DNA of 62,892 nucleotides from positions 1-62,892 of the forward strand of contig CAZLEX010000005.1 of NCBI GenBank assembly GCA_964558655.1, in the 5' to 3' direction. This document shows positions 48,676 to 59,398 of the stretch, piece by piece. The notes under the pieces were generated by a model. It was given only the letters and a program-made list of their open reading frames with translations, was not told the origin of the DNA and did no database searches. This DNA comes from an uncultured Oscillospiraceae bacterium. GTDB taxonomy: Bacteria > Bacillota > Clostridia > Oscillospirales > SIG627. The translations under genes were made by a program, and so were the position numbers. The first letter of the stretch is position 1. Every line of letters starts with the position of its first letter.

Positions 48676-51163
48676 CGTCTTCATCTTTGTGAGCTTCGGC
48701 ATATTCGGCACAAAGTTCTTCCCATGATACCGTATTTTCTTTATTATGCTCCACGCAATAACTGTTCAGCGGTCTGGTTATTCCCATGGTAAATCCCGGA
48801 TAAGTCCCGTCAATATAAAGATTCATATAAAACGGCAATGATGTATCGTCCGGATACTTGTACCCTTCCGGCACTTCCATATAAGTGTATTGGGCATCCG
48901 TAACCGCAACATTCACCTCAAGTTTTCTGTCTTCGTTTTTTACCAGTGCAACCTGATGGGTATGCTCACATCCCTCGCCGGCAACCGAATTTGTTTCGTC
49001 ACAAATATCGACCATAACATGAACATTACACTCGGAAGTAGGCACATTGTTATATGCAAAATAACCTGTGGCAGTCCTATCACCTCTGGGATCATGTTTG
49101 CAATTTTCACTCACTAAAAGTCCCGAATCTTTACAGTATTCAACTTCCACAAGAGTTGAAAAATCGAAACTCTTGACCTTTTCTCCCGTCTCTTCCTGAC
49201 GGGTAAGATATTTTTCGTGAATTTTCGTCATAACGAGATCCCACGCATCAAGAGCGGCAGTCTTATACTCCGTAGACATATATCTCGGTTGGTCATATCC
49301 GAACCAAACACAACCTACAAAATAAGGAGTATATCCGGCAAAATACAAATCTTTGCTGTCGTTTGTAGTACCGGTTTTTGCCGCAACATCAATCTTTTTG
49401 GAAAGGCTTAAACCTCTTGCCGTTCCGTAGCCGTAAGGATCCGCAACCTCCGTAAGAATTTTTGTCATAACCAAAGCCGCTTCGGAACTTATAACATTAT
49501 CGCGATATTCGGCATTTGAAAGGATTAAATTCCCCTGTGCATCTTCGACTTTTATATAAGTGCGTGATTTATTGTAAACTCCGTTGTTCGCAAGTGTCGC
49601 ATAAGCTGTAGCCATGTCTCTGAGCGTTACACCGTAGGTAAAACCTCCAAGTGCAAGAGGAGACAGGTTTAAGTCATTTCTGGCACCCGCAACCAAAGTA
49701 GAAAGTCTGTATCGGCTCTTCAGCATATCAAATACATAATCGGTGCCGAGTTCGTCGACAATTCTTACCGCAACCGTGTTTACCGAGCGTATAACCGCAT
49801 CGGCAACAGTTGTCTTTCCTCGATAAGTCGCAGGAGAATTCGACGGCCATGCTTTGCCCGTTGACGAATTTATATTGTAAGGGAAATCATCTATTGAAGT
49901 CGAATAATTTATTATTCCGGCGTCAAGTCCCAAAGAATATACCGAGAGAGGTTTAATCGAAGAACCGGGCTGTCGGGAAGTCATTGTAGCTCTGTTCCAG
50001 CCTCTGTTCTCCTTTTTTTCACCCCGTCCGCCGACGATACCCAATACATTTCCGTTATACGGATTTACAACAACCATTGCCGATTCCGGCTGAACTCCTT
50101 CGGATGTTTTGGGGAAAGATTCATCGTCTGAAAATATCTCCTCCATAGCGGTTTGAACATCTATATCCATTGTTGTGTAAATTTTTAATCCGCCCGAATA
50201 CACATACTGTGTTGCACTGTTTTCATCTAAATCATACTGCTCCATAAGATCCGCTATTACATCGTCCATTACGGTATCCACAAACCAGGAGTGTATTTTT
50301 ATATCTTCCTCATCTTCACCGCCGTCACCGTTAAAAAGCACGACATCCATGTCATATACTTCGTCGAATTCTTCTTGTGTCAGCAAACCCTGCTCAAGCA
50401 TTTCGGTAAAAATTACCTGACGCCTTTCTTTGTTATTTTCGGGATTTAAAATAGGGTCATAATAGGTCGGGCGATTTGTGATTCCCGCAATGCAGGCACA
50501 TTCCACCAAAGTAAGTTCGGACACATCTTTGTGAAAATAAAGCTCGGCTGCCGACTGAACTCCGCTGCACCCCTGAGACAGATAAATGGTATTAAGATAC
50601 ATTTCAAGTATCTCTTCTTTTGTTTTCTTCTTTTCAAGCGAAAGTGCTCTGAATATCTCCTGTATCTTTCGCTGAACTTTAACATCGTCGTCTCCCGTAA
50701 CATTTTTTATAAGTTGCTGAGTTATGGTAGATCCGCCGTAACCGAATGAACCGTTTTTAAATACATGCAATACCGCTCCCGCAGTTCTTTTCCAATCCAC
50801 GCCGTCATGAGTCCAAAAACGCTTATCCTCTATGGCTACAATACAATCCACAAGGTCTCTCGGTATTTGATCATAAGAAACCCAAAGCCTGTTTTCCGTT
50901 CCGTGAATTCTTTCGGTTTCAAGCTCAACCCATTCTCCCTGTGTATGTTCATCATCGGTATAATCCATATAATAAATCGAAGTGGTCTGGCTCAAATCCA
51001 ATTTTAAATTGTCTATGTCATAATCGGTATCGATATTTCCCTTAATGTAAAGAGCCAGGGCAACCGCCATAATGGATCCGGAAACTATCCCTATAAGAAG
51101 CACCGTCAAAAAAACATTCACTATCCACTTTAAAATTCCGACAAATAAATTCTTTTTTTTCAT
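48662..51163 (-). CDS. Class A penicillin-binding protein (PBP1A)
   Basis: EDKRFWTHDG, GGSTITQQ, RKIQE transglycosylase; SSIK, SVN, KTGT transpeptidase. Confidence 0.93.
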   Translation of the reverse strand: MKKKNLFVGILKWIVNVFLTVLLIGIVSGSIMAVALALYIKGNIDTDYDIDNLKLDLSQTTSIYYMDYTDDEHTQGEWVELETERIHGTENRLWVSYDQIPRDLVDCIVAIEDKRFWTHDGVDWKRTAGAVLHVFKNGSFGYGGSTITQQLIKNVTGDDDVKVQRKIQEIFRALSLEKKKTKEEILEMYLNTIYLSQGCSGVQSAAELYFHKDVSELTLVECACIAGITNRPTYYDPILNPENNKERRQVIFTEMLEQGLLTQEEFDEVYDMDVVLFNGDGGEDEEDIKIHSWFVDTVMDDVIADLMEQYDLDENSATQYVYSGGLKIYTTMDIDVQTAMEEIFSDDESFPKTSEGVQPESAMVVVNPYNGNVLGIVGGRGEKKENRGWNRATMTSRQPGSSIKPLSVYSLGLDAGIINYSTSIDDFPYNINSSTGKAWPSNSPATYRGKTTVADAVIRSVNTVAVRIVDELGTDYVFDMLKSRYRLSTLVAGARNDLNLSPLALGGFTYGVTLRDMATAYATLANNGVYNKSRTYIKVEDAQGNLILSNAEYRDNVISSEAALVMTKILTEVADPYGYGTARGLSLSKKIDVAAKTGTTNDSKDLYFAGYTPYFVGCVWFGYDQPRYMSTEYKTAALDAWDLVMTKIHEKYLTRQEETGEKVKSFDFSTLVEVEYCKDSGLLVSENCKHDPRGDRTATGYFAYNNVPTSECNVHVMVDICDETNSVAGEGCEHTHQVALVKNEDRKLEVNVAVTDAQYTYMEVPEGYKYPDDTSLPFYMNLYIDGTYPGFTMGITRPLNSYCVEHNKENTVSWEELCAEYAEAHKDEDDEDS

Positions 51164-51165
51164 GA

Positions 51166-54100
51166 TTAAACCTTCTCCTTTTTTACGGCGACATTATCGG
51201 TACCTATAACAGCTCCCAAATCTCTCAGAATTTTGTCATTCACACAAACGGATATTCCTGAAAGTTTGAAACTTTTTTTATCATTTTCACAATAAAATAC
51301 CACACCGCTTAAACCCGAATTTCTTCTTAAAATGTCCAATACGGTATTTATGCGTTCGTCATTTTTGGACTTAACCCTTATATAAAGCGTCCGCGTTTGC
51401 TCCGTATTTGCCGAATTTAAAATTTCGTCAACGGAATTAATACGCCTTCCTCGCACGGACTTTTTTTGTAAATCGGCATCACAGCAGGCCTTTTCAACAT
51501 TTTTTGCCAAAAGCTTTAATTCGTCTCCTTTAAAAGATATTTCGCACTTTATCAGCAAAACATTTTCACTTTCAAGCAAATCGAACGAATCTTGAAAAAC
51601 TTTTGGGAAAACAACAATCTCGGCAGAAGAATAAATATCCGAAAAATTCAAAAAAGCCATAACTCCGCCGGATTTTGCCGTAACTGTTTTTTTACCGGTT
51701 ATATTTCCGATTACCGATACAATCTGCCCTTCGGAAAATTCATTCGTACCGGAATCAAAGCTGTTCTTTATATCGGCAATGCTCGCACATTCCGAAAAAG
51801 TTTTTTTGTAATCGTCAAGAGGGTGCCCCGACAGCCATACTCCCGTTACGCTTTTTTCCATTTCAAGCCGTTCGATAAGTTTTTCTTTTCCGACATCATT
51901 AAATTCTATTTCAAACGATGTTGTACCGCTGTCTCCGGAAAACAAATCTATCTGCCCGGACACATTTTTCCGTCTTATTTCAGCCGCCTTTTCAACTGCC
52001 TGAGATAGTGTGGAAAGCATTTCACAGCGGCCGTCATGCAAACTGTCAAACGCACCTGCCATTATGAGACTTTCCGTCATTTTTTTATTTGAATCGTGAG
52101 CAGACATACGCATTACATAATCTTCAAAACTTGAAAAAGGTCTTATCTTTCTTTCGGCAAAAATTTGCTCTAACGCTCCAATTCCGACATTTTTAATCCC
52201 GAGAAGTCCAAACATCACTCCGTCCGGTGTAACCGTAAATTCAGCCTCGCTTTTGTTAATATCCGGTAAAAGGATCGGTATTGACAAAGCTCGACATTCC
52301 GCAACATACAAATTTATCTTTTCTTCTTCATCTGCAGATAAACTTATCAGAGACGCCATATACTCTGCGGGATAATAATACTTGAGCCATGCAGTTCGAT
52401 AGGTAAGATAACTGTAAGCACAAGCGTGCGACTTATTAAAGGCGTATTTTGCAAATTCTGCCATTTTATCAAATATTTTTTCGGCATTTTCCGGCTTTAT
52501 TCCCCGTGCAACCGCTCCTTCGATACTCCCGTCTTCGCTTCCATACAAAAAGACTCTGCGTTCATTCTCCATAACCGCTCTGTTCTTTTTACTCATAGCC
52601 CGTCTTACAATATCGGCTCTGCCGAAAGAATAACCCGCAAGAGAGCGAAAAATCTGCATTACCTGTTCTTGATACACAATACAGCCGTATGTGACGGAGA
52701 GTATCGGTTCAAGCCTCTCGTCATCGTAAATTATTTTATCTTTATTTCGGCTGTTCTCAATATATTTCGGTATAGATTCCATAGGTCCGGGACGGTAAAG
52801 TGCAATAGCCGCAGTTATATCCTCTATTGATCGGGGATGAAGACGCATCATAAGATTTCTCATTCCGGCAGATTCTATCTGAAACATTCCCAATGTTGCT
52901 CCTGAGGATATATATGAAAAAACTTTTTCATCGTGAAGATTTATCTTTTCTATATCGAACAGCGGATTTTTTTCTTTGATTCTGCTCACGGTTCCGTCTA
53001 TCACGGACAAAAACCTTAATCCGAGAAAATCAATTTTAAGAAGTCCCAAATCGGCTATTGTATTCATAGGATACTGAGTAGCACTTACATCTTTGCAGGT
53101 ACACAAGGGCACATACTCGCTTACCGGCTTATCCGTTATAACAACTCCTGCCGCATGCAATGAAACATGTCTTGGCATTCCCTCCAGCAATGACGATATA
53201 TCAATCAGCTTTTTCACAGCATCGGAAGAATCATACATATCACGCAATTTTGAATTTTCCGACATAGCACGGTCTATTGTCATATCGAGCGTTCTCGGTA
53301 TCTGTCTTGCAATCTCATCAACTTCTCCGTAAGACATTCCGAGTACCCTGCCGACATCTCTGACAACAGCCCTTGCCGCAAGCGTGTTAAAAGTTACGAT
53401 TTGAGAAACTCTGTCGGCACCGTAACGGCTTATAACATATTCAATTACCTCACGGCGTCTTTCGTTGCAAAAATCTATGTCAAAGTCAGGCATACTGACA
53501 CGCTCTGGATTCAAAAATCTTTCAAAAAGCAACCCATGCGATATCGGATCAACTCCTGTAATTCCCAGAGCAAAAGCCGCAAGACTACCTGCACCGGAAC
53601 CTCTGCCCGGCCCTACCGAAATACCATTGTCTTTCGCAAAAGAGATGAAATCGTCAACTATAAGATAATATTCGGCAAACCCCATGGAAATAATTACCGA
53701 CAACTCATATTCAAGTCTTTTGGAATATTTTTCTCTGTCTTCATGTGAAATTGAGTACTGTTTAAATCTGTTTTGCAATCCCTCTTCACATTTTTTTCTT
53801 AAACAATCATTATTGGACAAACCGTAAATGTTTTTGAACGAAGGAAGAAACAGTTTGTCGAAAGTAAAATCAAAATTGCACTTATTAACAATTTTTACGG
53901 TGTTTTCTATGGCTTCCGGAACATTTTCAAACAGTCGTGACATTTCTTCTCCCGACTTCATATAATATTCGTCGGTGCGAAATCCGGGAAAGCGTCCGTT
54001 TTCGAGAGTGGAAGATGTCTGTATACACATAAGTACGGCTTGCGAATTGGCATCTTCTTTTTCCACATAATGAACATCGTTTGTCGCAACAACGGGTATT

Positions 54101-54693
54101 CCCGTCTCTCTTGCTATTTTTAAAATTCCGGAATTTACGGAAGTTTCCTCGGGAATAAAATGATTTTGAAGTTCCAAATAAAAATCATCTCCGAAAATCT
54201 CCCGCATTTCAAGTGCACACGAAAATGCCGAACTGTAATTCCCTTCGAGTATTAACTTAGGTATTTGTCCGGAAATACAAGCCGAAAGTGCTATCAACCC
54301 TTTACTGTGCTTTTTTAAAGTCTCCTTATCAATTCTCGGCTTTACATAAAACCCCTCTGAATAAGACAAAGAATTCAGTTTTATCAAATTGCGGTATCCT
54401 TCTTCATCCTTTACAAGAAGCACCAAATGAGAATAATCTCTGTCAAGAGAGTAAATTTTATCTGTCATTTTTCTCGGTGCAATGTACATTTCACACCCGA
54501 TAACAGGTTTTATTCCGTTTTTTTTGGCAGCCTTATAAAAATCAACCGCCCCGTACATTACTCCGTGATCGGTTATGGCAACGGCATGCTGTCCTAATTT
54601 TTTCGCATACTCGAACAGCCTGTCAATACGGCAGGCTCCATCCAAAAGGCTGTATTCCGTGTGCAAATGAAGATGGGCAAAATCCGGCATCAA
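51166..54693 (-). CDS. dnaE: DNA polymerase III alpha subunit
   Basis: PHP HLHTEYSLLDG, GRGSGAGS, PDFDID, FNKSH. Confidence 0.97.
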   Translation of the reverse strand: MMPDFAHLHLHTEYSLLDGACRIDRLFEYAKKLGQHAVAITDHGVMYGAVDFYKAAKKNGIKPVIGCEMYIAPRKMTDKIYSLDRDYSHLVLLVKDEEGYRNLIKLNSLSYSEGFYVKPRIDKETLKKHSKGLIALSACISGQIPKLILEGNYSSAFSCALEMREIFGDDFYLELQNHFIPEETSVNSGILKIARETGIPVVATNDVHYVEKEDANSQAVLMCIQTSSTLENGRFPGFRTDEYYMKSGEEMSRLFENVPEAIENTVKIVNKCNFDFTFDKLFLPSFKNIYGLSNNDCLRKKCEEGLQNRFKQYSISHEDREKYSKRLEYELSVIISMGFAEYYLIVDDFISFAKDNGISVGPGRGSGAGSLAAFALGITGVDPISHGLLFERFLNPERVSMPDFDIDFCNERRREVIEYVISRYGADRVSQIVTFNTLAARAVVRDVGRVLGMSYGEVDEIARQIPRTLDMTIDRAMSENSKLRDMYDSSDAVKKLIDISSLLEGMPRHVSLHAAGVVITDKPVSEYVPLCTCKDVSATQYPMNTIADLGLLKIDFLGLRFLSVIDGTVSRIKEKNPLFDIEKINLHDEKVFSYISSGATLGMFQIESAGMRNLMMRLHPRSIEDITAAIALYRPGPMESIPKYIENSRNKDKIIYDDERLEPILSVTYGCIVYQEQVMQIFRSLAGYSFGRADIVRRAMSKKNRAVMENERRVFLYGSEDGSIEGAVARGIKPENAEKIFDKMAEFAKYAFNKSHACAYSYLTYRTAWLKYYYPAEYMASLISLSADEEEKINLYVAECRALSIPILLPDINKSEAEFTVTPDGVMFGLLGIKNVGIGALEQIFAERKIRPFSSFEDYVMRMSAHDSNKKMTESLIMAGAFDSLHDGRCEMLSTLSQAVEKAAEIRRKNVSGQIDLFSGDSGTTSFEIEFNDVGKEKLIERLEMEKSVTGVWLSGHPLDDYKKTFSECASIADIKNSFDSGTNEFSEGQIVSVIGNITGKKTVTAKSGGVMAFLNFSDIYSSAEIVVFPKVFQDSFDLLESENVLLIKCEISFKGDELKLLAKNVEKACCDADLQKKSVRGRRINSVDEILNSANTEQTRTLYIRVKSKNDERINTVLDILRRNSGLSGVVFYCENDKKSFKLSGISVCVNDKILRDLGAVIGTDNVAVKKEKV

Positions 54694-55622
54694 TCCAATT
54701 CCTTTGCTATTTCTGTAATTTTCCGTAATCTTCGGTTAAGTGCCGAACGGGACAAATTCCCCTTATCGTAAAGCAAGCACAGTTGCGTAAGCGATGCATC
54801 GGGATACCGTAGCCTGAGTTCAGCCGCCTCGCGAAGTTCTTCGGACAAAGTATTCCACGCATTCTTACTCTTTATTTTGTCAGCCGCCACTTTAAACTCA
54901 ACAAATGCCGAAACTGTCTTGCGGGTATTGGAATTTTCGCAATTGCAACTTCTGTTAAGATTATTTTTTATTTCTTTTTCGATACTTTTTTCAATTATGT
55001 CAAGTGAATATTTACCAGCACCTATTTCATAAAAAAAATCGGATATGCGTTCACTGCCTTTAATATAAATCACATAGATATTGCGTCTTTTCGTAAATCC
55101 GACATCTTTTCCCTCAACAAGCAAAAGCGAAAACAAAGCTTCCGCCAGTTTTTCGTCCGAAATCAAAAATTCGGCATGGTAACTTTTTTGCGGATCTGTA
55201 ACTGTACCGCAAGAAAGAAAAACACCCCTCAAAAAATATTTCGAACATTCGGCACAGTGAAACAAATCGGATAAATCAAGCTCTTTTTCGGCAGAGTTCA
55301 AATAAATTTTCGTATACTCTTCCGGAAGTCTGATCTCAAAAAATTCTTTGTCGCGAATGGATATATTTTTCGCTTGAGGTTCAATGCGGATAAACTGTAT
55401 AAGTATGTATATCAAAAGTTCGGAAAAATTATCCGACGCCAATTTCAGAACATTTTTTTCGAAAAAACATTTTTTTGAAAACAAAAGCGATCCGCACAAA
55501 AAAGCTTCGGCACAGCATTTATTTATCTTTCTGTCTTTCCCGCCTTTTGTAAATCCGGTCTCGGTACAAGTACGCTCACACAAATATTCTTTTATCCGGG
55601 CACTGTAAGAAGTTTTCAGCAA
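54690..55622 (-). CDS. whiA: DNA-binding protein WhiA
   Basis: FLRGVFLSCGTVTDPQKSYHAEF, NRSCNCENSN, LRLRYPDASL..L, RLRKI. Confidence 0.88.
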   Translation of the reverse strand: MLKTSYSARIKEYLCERTCTETGFTKGGKDRKINKCCAEAFLCGSLLFSKKCFFEKNVLKLASDNFSELLIYILIQFIRIEPQAKNISIRDKEFFEIRLPEEYTKIYLNSAEKELDLSDLFHCAECSKYFLRGVFLSCGTVTDPQKSYHAEFLISDEKLAEALFSLLLVEGKDVGFTKRRNIYVIYIKGSERISDFFYEIGAGKYSLDIIEKSIEKEIKNNLNRSCNCENSNTRKTVSAFVEFKVAADKIKSKNAWNTLSEELREAAELRLRYPDASLTQLCLLYDKGNLSRSALNRRLRKITEIAKELD

Positions 55623-56545
55623 ATGCTCTTTTCTCCTTTCGGTGAAAGATAGCGGATTTCCGGTTCCAACTCAATTCCGAAACATTCTGACACTTTGTTT
55701 TTTACCTGCTCCATAAGAATTCTGACATCGCTTGACGATGCGTTCCCCAAATTTACGACAAAACCCGAATGTTTTTCGGAAATCTGTGCTTCTCCGATTC
55801 TAAAACCTTTTAACCCGCTTTCTTCTATAAGTTTTGCCGCAAAATACCCTTCCGGGCGTTTAAAAGCCGAACCCGCACTCGGATATTCAAGCGGCTGTTT
55901 CTCACGGCGACGGGCAAGAAGCTCTTCTTCGCGAAGTTTTATATTCTCCGACGAATCCTTTCTTAAATCAAACCGAGCCTCAAGCACATATTCATGTTTT
56001 TTTAAAAAAGAACTGTTTCTGTACGAAAACAGGTTTTCACTTTTTTCGTATTTGACAAAGCCTTCGTTTTCGTTCCATACCGTACAGTCAAGAAAAACAT
56101 CTGCAATCTCTCCGCCGTACGCTCCCGCGTTCATAGCAACGGCACCGCCTACACTTCCCGGTATGCCGCAAGCAAATTCAAGTCCGGAAAGCCCGTGACT
56201 GCCGACAAATCTCGAAAGCGAGGTAAGGCCGACGCCTGCCATAGCACTGACGCAAGAATCGCATATATTTTTTTCGTTTAAAAGTTCCGTAAAAATCACT
56301 GCTCCCCGAAACCCTTCATCATCAGCCAAAAGGTTTGAGCCTCTTCCCATTACATAAAACGGTATACGAAGCTTTGTACATGCCTCTGCCGCAATTGCAA
56401 ATTCTTCGGGTGATTTCGGAAAAAGCCCCGCGTCAGCAGTACCGCCTATCTTAAAAGATGTCATTTTCGCCAAGCTTACATCGCTTTCAAACTTTATATC
56501 GCTGTCTTTAATTTCCTTTGAAATAACGGAATATATATCCGTCAT
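55616..56545 (-). CDS. murB: UDP-N-acetylmuramate dehydrogenase
   Basis: GRGSNLL, GIPGSVGGAVAMNAGAYG, PSAGSAFK, LEPE. Confidence 0.95.
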   Translation of the reverse strand: MTDIYSVISKEIKDSDIKFESDVSLAKMTSFKIGGTADAGLFPKSPEEFAIAAEACTKLRIPFYVMGRGSNLLADDEGFRGAVIFTELLNEKNICDSCVSAMAGVGLTSLSRFVGSHGLSGLEFACGIPGSVGGAVAMNAGAYGGEIADVFLDCTVWNENEGFVKYEKSENLFSYRNSSFLKKHEYVLEARFDLRKDSSENIKLREEELLARRREKQPLEYPSAGSAFKRPEGYFAAKLIEESGLKGFRIGEAQISEKHSGFVVNLGNASSSDVRILMEQVKNKVSECFGIELEPEIRYLSPKGEKSIC

Positions 56546-57507
56546 CGGTTTACTCCGAGCATTGCCGCACCGATAATTCCGGCATCATTACGCAACTGTG
56601 CTATCCTTACCTTCGTTGCCGGAACATTTTCGGAAAGTGCCGTATAAACTTCCTTGTAAATTTTCTCGACAAGAGGTATGAGAAGAGTATCTTTTTCGTT
56701 GCTTATTCCTCCGCCTATGCTTAACACTTCGGGTTCGAATATGTTTATTATGTTCGTAATTCCGCAAGCAAGATATGAAATATATTCTTCAACCACTTTT
56801 TTGCCTGCCTCATCTCCGGCACGCATTGCGTCAAACGATGTTTTCCCGTTTACACGGTTTATATCCCCACCGCAAATATTCCACATTTCGCTGTCCGGAC
56901 ATTTCTCCATCATTTCTTTGGTCATTCTTACCAATCCGGTAACAGAACCGTAGGATTCAAAGCATCCCTTTCGACCGCAGGTACACTGCACTCCGTCTTT
57001 AACAATTACCATATGACCGAGTTCGGCACCGGCAAAATTAAATCCCGAATACACTTTGTGATCTATTATTACTCCGCCTCCGACTCCCGTGCCGAGAGTT
57101 ACCATAACAGATGTTCTGAACCCTTTTGCCGATCCGACTTCGGCCTCACCTTTAGCGGCGGCATTTGCATCGTTTTCTATGCTCATATTTTTTATACCGG
57201 TTCTGGCAGAAAGTTCTTTTACAATCGGATATGCATTCATGGAAGTTATATTGTTCGAACACTCGACAACACCTTTTACACTGTCGCAGATGCCGGGAGA
57301 TGCTATTCCGCAAAAATCAACTTCTTCAATGCCGATACCGGCTTTTTCGCAAACTTCAAAACAGCACTTTGCCATATCATCGGTTATTTCGTCAGCAGAC
57401 CGATTTGCCAGCGTCGGAGTAGATACTTTTTCGATTATTTTTCCGTCTTCATCTACAAGACCTACCGCAATATTTGTACCGCCCAAATCAATTCCCAAAA
57501 GTTTCAT
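56542..57507 (-). CDS. glcK: ROK family glucokinase
   Basis: GIDLGGT, ENDANAA, GTGVGGG, ELGH, CTCGRKGCFE. Confidence 0.9.
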   Translation of the reverse strand: MKLLGIDLGGTNIAVGLVDEDGKIIEKVSTPTLANRSADEITDDMAKCCFEVCEKAGIGIEEVDFCGIASPGICDSVKGVVECSNNITSMNAYPIVKELSARTGIKNMSIENDANAAAKGEAEVGSAKGFRTSVMVTLGTGVGGGVIIDHKVYSGFNFAGAELGHMVIVKDGVQCTCGRKGCFESYGSVTGLVRMTKEMMEKCPDSEMWNICGGDINRVNGKTSFDAMRAGDEAGKKVVEEYISYLACGITNIINIFEPEVLSIGGGISNEKDTLLIPLVEKIYKEVYTALSENVPATKVRIAQLRNDAGIIGAAMLGVNR

Positions 57508-57533
57508 AAAAATTATCCCCCAAAAATTTAAGT

Positions 57534-58469
57534 TTATCTTTCTTCGGAGAGTCCTTCTCCCATTAATTTTTTATTGAATTCAACCGCCGTGTCATATCCC
57601 ATCTTTTTCTGACGGTGATTCATTGCGGCAATTTCTATAATAACCGCAAGATTTCGGCCGGGTTTTACAGGGACCGTAATGCAGGGAACTTTAATTCCCA
57701 TAATATCGGCATATTCGGTTTCAAGTCCGAATCTGTCGTAAAATTTGTCTTTATCCCACTGTTCGAGATTTATCATAAGATCGATTTTTTCGGTATTTTT
57801 GACAGCACCCATACCGAATATACGCCGAACATCTACGATGCCGATTCCACGCAGTTCAATATAATGACGTATAAGCTCCGGAGAGGATCCGACAAGAGTT
57901 TTCTCCGATACTTTCCTTATTTCGACGGCATCGTCGGCAACCAGCCTGTGACCTCTCTTAACGAGTTCTATCGCCGCTTCGCTTTTTCCTATTCCGCTGT
58001 CACCTACAATCAGAATACCCTCACCGTAAACTTCGACAAACACTCCGTGCCTTGAAATCATCGGTGCCAATTTTACATTCAGGAAAGAAATGAGAGACGC
58101 CATAAAAGGCGATGTTTTATCTGCGGTAACAAAAACGGGAATCTTATATTTTTCGGCAACCTCAATCACTTCGTCAACAACACCGTCCGTATGTGTAAAG
58201 ACGAGGCAGACAGGGTGTAACGAAAGATACTTATCGAGAATTTCAAGCCTTTTTTCGTGAGAAAAACTCTCAATACAAGTTTTCTCTTCTCTTCCGAGTA
58301 TTTGAATTCTTGCCGAGTCGAAAAAGTCAAAATATCCCATAAGTTGAAGGCCCGGACGATTTATTTCATTTCCGACAATATGAATTTTATCAGCCTCTTC
58401 GGGAAGAAAAACAGATGTAAGCGAAAATTCGTCAACTATTTCTCCGAGTGTACAGTAAACTTCATCCAT
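57534..58469 (-). CDS. hprK: HPr kinase/phosphorylase
   Basis: RPGLQL, GDSGIGKSE, LVADD, IELRGIG, PGRNLA. Confidence 0.96.
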   Translation of the reverse strand: MDEVYCTLGEIVDEFSLTSVFLPEEADKIHIVGNEINRPGLQLMGYFDFFDSARIQILGREEKTCIESFSHEKRLEILDKYLSLHPVCLVFTHTDGVVDEVIEVAEKYKIPVFVTADKTSPFMASLISFLNVKLAPMISRHGVFVEVYGEGILIVGDSGIGKSEAAIELVKRGHRLVADDAVEIRKVSEKTLVGSSPELIRHYIELRGIGIVDVRRIFGMGAVKNTEKIDLMINLEQWDKDKFYDRFGLETEYADIMGIKVPCITVPVKPGRNLAVIIEIAAMNHRQKKMGYDTAVEFNKKLMGEGLSEER

Positions 58470-58490
58470 GCTATAATTTCCTTTGCAATA

Positions 58491-59252
58491 TTATTCAAGT
58501 ATATCGGTGGTTATAAAATCAACCCCGTATTCAATCATTTTTTCACAATCGGGTATATTGTCGCAAGTCCAGCAATTTACTTTTATGCCGTTTGAATGTA
58601 ACTTTTGTACATCTTCGACGCTCAGTCTTTCATAACACAAATCGGCATTAAGTCTGTTTTCGCACATAGTCCGTATTATGTCTTCTTCGGTTATTCCCCT
58701 TGCGATTTCTCCTTTAAGGCATCGCAAAGTATCTCTGAGCCACTGTATTTCGTTATCGGGTAAAATTTTTCTCAAATTCAAACAGTTTTCCAAATCGAAC
58801 GATATAAAAATCACATTTTCTATGTAACCCAATTCCGTAATTTTTTCGACCAGCCTGTTTAAATCATCTTCTTTGAAATGATTTTTTACTTCCAGCACAC
58901 AAATTTTATCATATCTTTTGCAAATTTTAATATATTCTTCCAAAAGCGGTATCCGTATATCGCGTCTTTCCGTTGTTTTATCGGTATCCGGAAGAATTAT
59001 ATCCGAAAATTCCGACCAATCGCTCGTTTCGACATTGATATCGTATTTGCCGAGAGAAACTCTGCTCAAAGTTTCATCGTGTATGATAACAAATTTTCCG
59101 TCTTTTGTTACATGTACATCGGTTTCTATTCCGAAATAGCTTCTGTTCGCCGCCGCAAGAAACGCCGCATTTGTATTTTCTTTTTCAATAGCACTCAATC
59201 CTCTGTGTGCAATCATTTTAGGTTTTTGAGTCTTAATTTTTACCGTATTCAT
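58491..59252 (-). CDS. Glycerophosphodiester phosphodiesterase
   Basis: IAHRG, ENT, ETDV..TKDG..IIHD, WT.D, GVDFITTD; start moved to 59252. Confidence 0.9.
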   Translation of the reverse strand: MNTVKIKTQKPKMIAHRGLSAIEKENTNAAFLAAANRSYFGIETDVHVTKDGKFVIIHDETLSRVSLGKYDINVETSDWSEFSDIILPDTDKTTERRDIRIPLLEEYIKICKRYDKICVLEVKNHFKEDDLNRLVEKITELGYIENVIFISFDLENCLNLRKILPDNEIQWLRDTLRCLKGEIARGITEEDIIRTMCENRLNADLCYERLSVEDVQKLHSNGIKVNCWTCDNIPDCEKMIEYGVDFITTDILE

Positions 59253-59398
59253 ATCTTCCTCCGTAACAATTTTTCGAAAAGCCGTAAAGACGCTTTGCAA
59301 GGCTTTCTATCTGTACTATCTGTATTATACTATAATTCAAAAAAAATTACAATATTTTCTAATCTTTTTTTGAAACTTCAGCTGTCATACCTCTCAAA

